46,625 nt of DNA from an uncultured Eubacteriales bacterium (GTDB lineage Bacteria; Bacillota; Clostridia; Oscillospirales; Ruminococcaceae), in assembly GCA_900318545.1 (NCBI GenBank), contig ONLC01000001.1:1-46625 (forward strand). Reading direction: 5' to 3'. Position numbers and translations under genes: made by a program. A model generated the notes under the pieces. That model saw only the letters and a program-made list of their open reading frames with translations, was not told the DNA's origin and ran no database searches. This document shows positions 1 to 7,321 of the stretch, piece by piece; positions within the stretch are counted from its first letter, which is position 1; every line of letters begins with the position of its first letter.

Positions 1-1
1 T

Positions 2-883
2 GTAAAAGCAAATGTAGAGTGCGGTTTCAGGACAGTAATGTGTGATGCAGTAAGCGGTGCAGCTGAAAGAATAGTCGAGCTTGAGGAACGCTATGACAGA
101 CTCAACAGTATTTCTCCGCTTATAAGCTATCACCTCGGCTTTCACGCTGAGTATACCGCAGAGCTCGGTCTTATGGAGGCTATCTCAAAGCTCGCTCATA
201 AGCACAAGACCCATGTTTCAACTCACAATTCCGAGACCGCAAAAGAGGTCAGAGAGTGCGTTGAAAAGTACGGCAAGACCCCGACAGAGCTTTTTGACAG
301 CTTAGGCCTTTTTGACTTTGGCGGCACTACCTACCATAATGTACATCTTAGCGACCATGACATTGAGATTTTCAGAGATAAAGGTGTGTGGGCTGTACAC
401 TGCCCCGGCTCAAATATGAAGCTTGCAAGCGGTATCGCACCTGTTATGAAGCTCCATAATGCAGGCGTTGGAATAGCCCTTGGCACCGACGGCCCTGCAA
501 GCAACAACTGCCTTGATATGTTCAGAGAAATGTTCCTGATGACGGGCCTGCAGAAGATACAGCTCAGCGATGCAGCTGCCTGCCCTGCTGACCTCGTCCT
601 TGACGCTGCCACAAGAGGAGGTGCTCTTGCGATGTATCTTCCGGACTGCGACAGCATAGCAGAGGGCAAGCAGGCAGACCTGACAGTCCTCGACCTGCAC
701 AGACCAAATATGCAGCCTCTGAACAATATTCCGAAAAACATTGTATACAGCGGCTCAAAAGAGAATGTAAAGCTTACAATGTGTGCAGGAAAGATACTCT
801 ATGAGAATGGAGAGTTCTTCATAAATGAGGATCCCGAGCTCATTTATCAGAAAGCAAACGATATAATAAACAGCATGAGATAA
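2..883 (+). CDS. mtaD: Amidohydrolase, 5'-methylthioadenosine/S-adenosylhomocysteine deaminase-like (5'-truncated)
   Basis: Frame is open from position 2. Metal-dependent hydrolase motifs FHAEY, THNSET, HCPGSNMKLASG, LGTDGPASNN, GKQADL. Confidence 0.75.
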   Translation, partial: VKANVECGFRTVMCDAVSGAAERIVELEERYDRLNSISPLISYHLGFHAEYTAELGLMEAISKLAHKHKTHVSTHNSETAKEVRECVEKYGKTPTELFDSLGLFDFGGTTYHNVHLSDHDIEIFRDKGVWAVHCPGSNMKLASGIAPVMKLHNAGVGIALGTDGPASNNCLDMFREMFLMTGLQKIQLSDAAACPADLVLDAATRGGALAMYLPDCDSIAEGKQADLTVLDLHRPNMQPLNNIPKNIVYSGSKENVKLTMCAGKILYENGEFFINEDPELIYQKANDIINSMR

Positions 884-884
884 A

Positions 885-916
885 ATAAAGCCCCCGAAAA
901 CTCGGGGGCTTTTTTA
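885..916. terminator. Bidirectional intrinsic terminator
   Basis: AAAGCCCCCGA-aaac-TCGGGGGCTTT with T/A tracts, between convergent genes. Confidence 0.85.
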
Positions 917-928
917 TGTCGGTATTAA

Positions 929-1831
929 TTAACCTTCCTTGTCCATTCCTTCGATAGTGAATGTGCACTCAAGGCTCTTAGCGAACATCAGAGCATCCTT
1001 ATCAATTGCAGGATCCTTTGCAGTATCGCCGTAATCGTTGTAGATCTCAATTCTGTACTTGTTGTTGTCGTTCTCGATGTTGCCGTACTTGATCTTGGAA
1101 GCATCAAACGGGAACTCCTCGCCGTCGATCTTGATAGATGTAAGCTCTACCTTCAGCTCCTGACCTGTGTACTTACCCTTGGACTCTACACTTGTAGCAA
1201 GGTTTGTGTCCTCTTCGTCAAGCGGGTTCTTTTCAACGGTCTCGCCGTCCCATGTAGTTGTACCGTCGCAGATACCTGTGATATCAATGCAGAATACAAC
1301 AGCACCCTGTGCAGGAAGTACATAATCGCCGTCAAGAACGATCTGAGGATTAGGATTGCCCATAAGAGCATCGTTAGCTGCGATAGAATCAACTGTAAGT
1401 GCTACAGTGTACTCACCGTCGCCTGTTACGTCAGCGTCAACACCGAAAGCACCGTCGCCTCTGTCGTCCTCACTGTAGCCCTGTCCGCCGAAGTTCGACC
1501 ACATCCAGTTGTAATCAGCAAACATCAGGAATGCATCGTGACCCTGGAACTCAGTTACAGGTGTGTAGCTTGCATCAGGAATCTGGCACTCAAGACCTGT
1601 TACCTCATCATAGTAAGGCTCATCGCCTGTAGGTGCAGCAGCCTCAGATGAGTCTCCGCCCTCAGCCTCGCTTGCAGCAGGAGTTTCCTCAGCAGCAGTA
1701 GTGGTGGTTGTCTCAGCCTTCTTGGAAGAAGTATCGCTCTTGGAAGAGGAATCAGAATCTCCGCAGGCAGTGAACATTGCAGTTGTCATAGCCATTGCAC
1801 AAAGTGCAGCAGCGAGCTTTTTGATTTTCAT
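929..1831 (-). CDS. Acidic lipoprotein with S/T/A/E linker and a beta-rich C-terminal domain (putative carbohydrate-binding module)
   Basis: Signal peptide ending FTA-C (lipobox), low-complexity linker, AGGAGG RBS. Confidence 0.75.
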   Translation of the reverse strand: MKIKKLAAALCAMAMTTAMFTACGDSDSSSKSDTSSKKAETTTTTAAEETPAASEAEGGDSSEAAAPTGDEPYYDEVTGLECQIPDASYTPVTEFQGHDAFLMFADYNWMWSNFGGQGYSEDDRGDGAFGVDADVTGDGEYTVALTVDSIAANDALMGNPNPQIVLDGDYVLPAQGAVVFCIDITGICDGTTTWDGETVEKNPLDEEDTNLATSVESKGKYTGQELKVELTSIKIDGEEFPFDASKIKYGNIENDNNKYRIEIYNDYGDTAKDPAIDKDALMFAKSLECTFTIEGMDKEG

Positions 1832-1890
1832 TGTTATAACCTCCTAAAAATCATTAGTTCCTTATTGAAGATATTAAATCTCTAAATACT

Positions 1891-1919
1891 ATAATACATA
1901 ATTTTTACCTCTTTTTCAA
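1891..1919 (-). promoter_or_regulatory. Sigma-A promoter of the lipoprotein gene
   Basis: TTGAAA-N17-TATTAT on the minus strand. Confidence 0.55.
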
Positions 1920-2017
1920 GATACTATTTTAACAAATTTCAAATCACGTTATCGTTTACATTGTACAAAACTAGATTAACAAATATGAACATTTTAACCA
2001 AAAGAATGCCCCAAAAT

Positions 2018-2046
2018 GAATATTAAACCTTTCCTTGCACATAATA
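2018..2046 (+). promoter_or_regulatory. Sigma-G-like forespore promoter
   Basis: GAATA-N17-CATAATA directly upstream of spoVAC, a known sigma-G regulon gene. Confidence 0.55.
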
Positions 2047-2072
2047 TCAGAAAAAGATACGGAGTGAGCTTC

Positions 2073-2525
2073 ATGGAAATAAATATGACTAAGACCCAGT
2101 ACAGCGACCTTTACAGATCAGCGGCAGAGGGCTCTAAATGGTGGATAAATGTGCCCAAGGCATTTGTCTCGGGAGGGCTTATCTGCATACTCGGACAGGG
2201 TATATTTGATGCGTTTTCAGCCCTCGGGCTTACAGAGGACAACAGTGCGACTGTTGCCTCGGTGATACTGGTGTTTCTGTCTGCACTGCTTACAGGCCTC
2301 GGCATTTACCCGAAGATAGCCAAGCAGGCAGGTGCAGGCACGCTTGTCCCGATAACGGGCTTTGCAAACTCAGTCTGTGCCCCTGCTCTTGAATTCAAGG
2401 CCGAGGGCTTCATCACCGGGCTCGGTGCGAAAATATTCATCATCAGCGGCCCTGTTATCCTTTACGGAACACTTGCAAGCGTTATCTACGGGCTTATCTA
2501 CTATGTGGGAACGCTTCTCACCTAA
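2073..2525 (+). CDS. spoVAC: Stage V sporulation protein AC (SpoVAC/SpoVAEB family)
   Basis: AFVSGGLICILGQ, AGAGTLVPITGFANS, EGFITGLGAKIFIISGPVILYG. GGAGTGA RBS before the ATG at 2073. Confidence 0.9.
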   Translation: MEINMTKTQYSDLYRSAAEGSKWWINVPKAFVSGGLICILGQGIFDAFSALGLTEDNSATVASVILVFLSALLTGLGIYPKIAKQAGAGTLVPITGFANSVCAPALEFKAEGFITGLGAKIFIISGPVILYGTLASVIYGLIYYVGTLLT

Positions 2526-2800
2526 AGCAGCAGATACCCCAGCGCCAGCAGGAGCTTTACATCTGCACCCTGCTTGTACAGTATGTAAATGAGGAGTGCT
2601 ATAAGTGCCTTTTCCTCATCAATGCCGAGAGATCCTATTCCCTGCCCACCCTTGCCAAAGCCTGACAGCAGCTGCGAGAGCGGGTCAGGGCTGCTGTGAG
2701 AGGGCTGCCTGCCGACATAGTCCTGCGAGCGTTTGTGCATCTCACGGACACGGCGGACAGCCTCCTCCTGCATGGTAGCAAAGTCATCAGAGGATGCCAA
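2522..2800 (-). CDS. Small hypothetical protein
   Basis: TTG start after GGAGGTGA; MQEEAVRRVREM...LLLALGYLLL; overlaps the upstream gene. Confidence 0.7.
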   Translation of the reverse strand: MASSDDFATMQEEAVRRVREMHKRSQDYVGRQPSHSSPDPLSQLLSGFGKGGQGIGSLGIDEEKALIALLIYILYKQGADVKLLLALGYLLL

Positions 2801-3146
2801 GCAGATCACCTCCGAGAATACCGCTCTCCTTGATAGCAGGGTACAGAGAAACAAGTCTGAAAAGCTTGACTATGCGGTCTAGCTTTTGTTTGTTCTCGTC
2901 TTTTAGGAGAGGTCTGAGTGCCATAAGCAGGTCAATGTTCTTATCGGGCTTGGCTGCCTGCGACATTATTCCCTGAATTTTCATAAGGAGCATAGGGTCG
3001 ACAGGCGGTGCTGAGGGTGCAGCTTCGGGCTGTGATGCTGTCCCCTTGCCCTCACCGCCCGAGAGCATATCTGCAAGCTCTTTTACCTGCTTCATGCTTT
3101 CCTCGTCATTGAGGACGCTTTGCAGTTTATCCATCAGCTCGCTCAT
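2787..3146 (-). CDS. Hypothetical protein
   Basis: 119 aa with AGGAGG RBS; LLMALRPLL motif; operon-like with neighbours. Confidence 0.75.
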   Translation of the reverse strand: MSELMDKLQSVLNDEESMKQVKELADMLSGGEGKGTASQPEAAPSAPPVDPMLLMKIQGIMSQAAKPDKNIDLLMALRPLLKDENKQKLDRIVKLFRLVSLYPAIKESGILGGDLLGIL

Positions 3147-3175
3147 TCAAACGTCCTCCTTTCCAAAGCTGATAT

Positions 3176-3439
3176 CTACTTTCCGCCCTTTGCGAGCTTC
3201 TCCATAATAGCTCTTGCCTGCGGAGAGCTCAATACCTTTGCGGTAAGCTCGGGGTCGGAGAGGGCTTTTTGGAGCTTCTGTGCGTCGCTTCTTGAAAGAG
3301 AGGACATAGCACGCTGATAATTGCCGCTTTGGAACTCACGCTTCAGGGTCTCGCTGTCTGAGCCGAGCTTTCCTGCGGTCATACTGAAAAGCTTATCTGC
3401 CTGCCCGCTGCTGATAGGGGCTGATCTGTTTTTGCTCAT
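3176..3439 (-). CDS. Small hypothetical protein
   Basis: AAGGAG RBS before the ATG at 3439; first gene of a three-gene unit. Confidence 0.7.
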   Translation of the reverse strand: MSKNRSAPISSGQADKLFSMTAGKLGSDSETLKREFQSGNYQRAMSSLSRSDAQKLQKALSDPELTAKVLSSPQARAIMEKLAKGGK

Positions 3440-3539
3440 AAAAAATTCTCCTTTTTTCAATAGTATTTCTAAATATTTATGCTATTATATATATTAATAT
3501 GCTGGGAAATGTGCACGCTGACCGAAAGGGGGAGCTTTG

Positions 3540-4019
3540 ATGAGAATAATCGTTTTTTCCGATACGCACGGCAATCTTTCAGCTGTTAAGAAAATATTCA
3601 GGCGAAACGGAAATGCCGACCTTTTCATTTTTCTTGGTGACGGTGAGCGTGAGGTTGATCAGGTCAGGCATCACTACCTTGACCAGAAGGTACTGCAGGT
3701 CAGCGGCAACTGTGATTTTGGTTCATTTACAAAAACCAGCGATATTTATATGACGCCCGCAGGGCTGAAGATATTCTTCACTCACGGACACCGATGGGCA
3801 GTAAAGTACACCACTGACAAGCTCCTTGAGCAGGCCAAGAACATCAATGCACAGATAGTTCTTTTCGGGCACACCCACTGCCGCTATTATGAGTACGTTG
3901 ACGGTGTGCATATCCTCAACCCGGGCAGTGCAGGCAACCCCAGGGATTTTATGCCTGCCTCTTATGCATATATCGACATCACCGATCAGGGCATTTTCTG
4001 TGCTCATGTTGACCTTTAG
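3540..4019 (+). CDS. Metallophosphoesterase, YfcE/MJ0936 family
   Basis: SDTHG, LGDG, GNCD, THGH, FGHTH, NPGS motifs. Confidence 0.9.
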   Translation: MRIIVFSDTHGNLSAVKKIFRRNGNADLFIFLGDGEREVDQVRHHYLDQKVLQVSGNCDFGSFTKTSDIYMTPAGLKIFFTHGHRWAVKYTTDKLLEQAKNINAQIVLFGHTHCRYYEYVDGVHILNPGSAGNPRDFMPASYAYIDITDQGIFCAHVDL

Positions 4020-4058
4020 TATAGTATATGCAAAACAGTCAGTTTTGATAATAGAAAA

Positions 4059-4091
4059 ATAACTCCGACAGGTTTTCCCTGTCGGAGTTAT
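4059..4091. terminator. Intrinsic terminator between convergent genes
   Basis: ATAACTCCGACAGG-ttttc-CCTGTCGGAGTTAT perfect inverted repeat. Confidence 0.8.
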
Positions 4092-5005
4092 GCTTTTTTA
4101 GGCTTCTTTGATGACTGATAACTTCTCTCGTTCTTTTCCTGTTTTTTCTCGTCCGAGTGCCTTAAAAACTTTCTGTAGAACCACGCTGTAAAGCGTCTTG
4201 GCAGAACAAACAAAGCAAGCTGAGTCATACATGGAATAAGAAAATCACGGAAGCTTGTATCGCCTGCACGGAAGATTATCCAGCGTACACGGATAAAAGC
4301 CTTTGTGTGCTTCCAGCTTTTTCGTATATCGACTGTGTTCTCATTTATGCGGTACCGCACAAGCACCTCGGGAATGTTCTGGCACACAGCGCCGTTTCGT
4401 ATCATTCTTGCCGAGAACTCATAGTCCTCGCAGAGTTTCATATCGCTGTACCCTCCGATGCTTACCGCCTTTTCCTTTCGGATAGCCACAGTCTGCCTGT
4501 TAAAGGGGTTCCTTCGCCTTGCGTATGCCACTATCTCACTTTGAAGGATCGGCACCTTCTTTACAGCGACAGTCTCGTCAGTGTCACTGTTGAATTCCTC
4601 CACAAATGTCCCGACTATATCAAGCTCGGGCATTATCGCAAACAAAGCCATCTGCTTTAAGCACCTGTTCGGCATAGAAATATCGTCCGAGTCCATCTTC
4701 ACGATATAGTCGCACTTACAGGCTTCCATTCCGATATTATAAGCCTTTCCGACACCAACATTTTCGTCTATCTGAATAATTCTGAAAATAGTCTTGAACT
4801 CATTCTGAAATGACTTTGCTATTATATTAAGCTCGTTCGTGAGCTTTCCGTCACACACCAGTACAAAATCCGAGGGCGGATAGCTCTGCATGAGCATTGA
4901 TTCTAAGCTCTCATTGAGGTTTTCGGGCAGCTCCTGATCGTACACAGACATCAGTACGCTGTATTCAGGCAATTCATACCTGCCTATCTTTAGTCCCAAG
5001 CTCAC
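4088..5005 (-). CDS. Glycosyltransferase family 2 (AmsE-like)
   Basis: YSVLMSVY, VLVCDG, KMDSDD, RRRNPFN, CEDY motifs. Confidence 0.88.
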   Translation of the reverse strand: MSLGLKIGRYELPEYSVLMSVYDQELPENLNESLESMLMQSYPPSDFVLVCDGKLTNELNIIAKSFQNEFKTIFRIIQIDENVGVGKAYNIGMEACKCDYIVKMDSDDISMPNRCLKQMALFAIMPELDIVGTFVEEFNSDTDETVAVKKVPILQSEIVAYARRRNPFNRQTVAIRKEKAVSIGGYSDMKLCEDYEFSARMIRNGAVCQNIPEVLVRYRINENTVDIRKSWKHTKAFIRVRWIIFRAGDTSFRDFLIPCMTQLALFVLPRRFTAWFYRKFLRHSDEKKQEKNERSYQSSKKPKKA

Positions 5006-5047
5006 ACCCCCGATACAATAAACTCAATATATGCTATACATACATTT

Positions 5048-5076
5048 ATTGTACCACATTATGTCGATATTGTCAA
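5048..5076 (-). promoter_or_regulatory. Sigma-A promoter of the GT2 gene
   Basis: TTGACA-N17-TACAAT on the minus strand. Confidence 0.7.
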
Positions 5077-5117
5077 TCACAAAATCCTTGCTTTGCCCTC
5101 TGCCTTATGATACAAAC

Positions 5118-5145
5118 AAAGCCCACACCATACAGTGTGGGCTTT
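5118..5145 (-). terminator. Terminator of the carbohydrate ABC operon
   Basis: AAAGCCCACAC-cataca-GTGTGGGCTTT just after the stop at 5159. Confidence 0.75.
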
Positions 5146-5158
5146 CTTGTGCTTTTGA

Positions 5159-6205
5159 TCAGTTTGCAAGACCCGATCTCTCGACACCTTCGATGAAGTA
5201 TCGTTGTAAGAATACATACATGACAAGTATCGGCGTGATCGACAGCAAACAACCGGCCTCAAGCCAAACGATGATCTGTCGGACAGATACCTGCTGACCA
5301 TCGAACAGCGTCTGCTGAAGGTTTGTATTCAGGTTTTTCAGCATCAGAGCTACAGTATCGTTCTTGGTGAAGAAGGACGAGGAAACATAATAGTCGTTCC
5401 AGTACCAAACTATCGAGAACAGGAATACCGTAAGGAATGATGACTTTGCGTTCGGACACATGATCTTTACGAAGGTGTAAAGAGGACTGCATCCGTCAAG
5501 GTATGCCGCATCTTCGAGCTCCTTTGGCAGTCCTCTGAAGAACTGACGGAAGATGAAGATGAACAGACCTGCACGCAGACCGTTCGCAAACAATGCAGGC
5601 AGATACATTGTCCAGCCTGAGTTGATAAGCGAGGTCTCTCCGCCTGTCAGAAGCTTAGCAAGCCACTGCGGCTTGAAGTAAGCGTACTGTAAGTACAGCG
5701 GAATAGTTGTGATCTGCGGAGGAACGATGATCTGGAGAACAACGATTGCAAACAGTATTGCCTTACCCTTGAACTTGAATCTTGCGAAGCCGTAGCCTGT
5801 TATCGAGCAGGTAACTACCTGAAGGACAGAAGCCACAAGGTTCAGGATAACTGTATTAATAACCGTCTTGTCGAAGTTCATAACTTCCCATACATCGTTG
5901 ATATTCTGCATCGTGAAGCTCTTAGGCAGCCAAACAACCGAAGGGTCGTTCATCTGCTCGTTCGGTCTGAACGCTGTAGAGAGCATGAAGATGAGAGGAT
6001 AAAGAATTACAAAGCAGAGTCCGAAAAGGATAAGGAATCTGAAGAAGGGCCATACAGCACCGATCCACTTCCTACGCCTGTTATAGGCGATCTGTTCCGG
6101 AGTAAGGAATTTCTCAAGCCCGACCTCTTTCATGTGCTTGTAACGGGCTTTCTGGGCAGCCTTGCGTTCTTTTTCAAACTGTTTTTCTTCTTTTTTAGTT
6201 GCCAC
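5159..6205 (-). CDS. Carbohydrate ABC transporter permease (MalG-like)
   Basis: GYGFARFKFKGK; EAA loop LPKELEDAAYLDG; WYWNDY; LQRYFIEGV. Confidence 0.92.
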   Translation of the reverse strand: MATKKEEKQFEKERKAAQKARYKHMKEVGLEKFLTPEQIAYNRRRKWIGAVWPFFRFLILFGLCFVILYPLIFMLSTAFRPNEQMNDPSVVWLPKSFTMQNINDVWEVMNFDKTVINTVILNLVASVLQVVTCSITGYGFARFKFKGKAILFAIVVLQIIVPPQITTIPLYLQYAYFKPQWLAKLLTGGETSLINSGWTMYLPALFANGLRAGLFIFIFRQFFRGLPKELEDAAYLDGCSPLYTFVKIMCPNAKSSFLTVFLFSIVWYWNDYYVSSSFFTKNDTVALMLKNLNTNLQQTLFDGQQVSVRQIIVWLEAGCLLSITPILVMYVFLQRYFIEGVERSGLAN

Positions 6206-6217
6206 TTAGATCCCCCC

Positions 6218-7321
6218 TTACTCTACTTCATAGTATACGAACTTATTAATGAAGGCTACTACTATTGCAAGGAATACCGCTACGATTGCGAAGTATGCCC
6301 ACGCCATCGCTGCTGAGTAACCGTGCTCCCAGTTGCTTGCCTTATTAAGTACGATCGACATTACGCTGTTCTGAGGATCAACGAAGGAGTCTACTATAGT
6401 GTAAACTACGCTTGCGAGGATCATCGGGCTGATGTAAGGAATTGTGACCTTCCAGAAGAACTCCCAAGCTGTTGCACCCTCGATCTGAGCCGCCTCCTTA
6501 GCGGAGACCGGTATTCCCTGCAGTGCTGAAAGAATCAGCAGGATCTGGATACCTGAGTTCCATACAAGGTCAAAGATGTCGGTAATCAGCGTGTTGAGCG
6601 TTTCTGTAAGCGTGTCACTTATGTTATACACTCCAAGGAAGTTCAGAAGCTGGTCAACAAGGTTTGCTTCAAACATTGTGCTGAACTGCTCTGCACCGCC
6701 CGAGAAGCCGCCCTGGTCCATGTTACCGTTGATGATGTCGATAACAGGTCCTGTAGCGATGATAACGGGGAGGAAGAATACCGCTCTTGCGAAGGTTCTT
6801 CCCTTGAATTTCTGGTTCAGGATAACTGCGATGAATATCGCAAAGATAAGTATCAGAGGAGTTCTGAGAGCTGTATTCTGGAGCATCTCAACAAGCGCCT
6901 TTGAGTAATCCTGGTCTTTTCTGAATGCGTTTCTGTAGTTTTTCAGACCGATCCATTCCATTTTCATACCGCCCTGATTAACCTCGGTCTTATTGAACGA
7001 GTAGATCAGAGACTCAATGAAAGGAAGAATGAAGAAATAGATCGTTCCGAGTGCCCAGATAGCGATGAAGCCGTAGCCATAAAGACCTTTTCTTTTCTCG
7101 TATGAGAGTCTGTGCTTCTTCTCGGGCTTAGCGGGAGCTGCCTGAGCAGACTCGACTGCCTCTTCAACAGTCTCCTCTGCTGCTTCCTCAGCAGCCTCAA
7201 CCTCGGGAGCAGCCTCAGCGGCTGCCTCCTCGGCCTTCTCTTCAACTGCCTCTTCGGCTGCGTCGAGTTCGGTATTAACGTCCTCCGCATCTAACGGAGT
7301 GTTCATGATGTCTTCACTCAT
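6218..7321 (-). CDS. Carbohydrate ABC transporter permease (MalF-like) with an acidic N-terminal extension
   Basis: WIGLKNY, FARAVFFLPVII, EAAQIEGATAWEFFWKVTIP, GYSAAMAW. Confidence 0.92.
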   Translation of the reverse strand: MSEDIMNTPLDAEDVNTELDAAEEAVEEKAEEAAAEAAPEVEAAEEAAEETVEEAVESAQAAPAKPEKKHRLSYEKRKGLYGYGFIAIWALGTIYFFILPFIESLIYSFNKTEVNQGGMKMEWIGLKNYRNAFRKDQDYSKALVEMLQNTALRTPLILIFAIFIAVILNQKFKGRTFARAVFFLPVIIATGPVIDIINGNMDQGGFSGGAEQFSTMFEANLVDQLLNFLGVYNISDTLTETLNTLITDIFDLVWNSGIQILLILSALQGIPVSAKEAAQIEGATAWEFFWKVTIPYISPMILASVVYTIVDSFVDPQNSVMSIVLNKASNWEHGYSAAMAWAYFAIVAVFLAIVVAFINKFVYYEVE

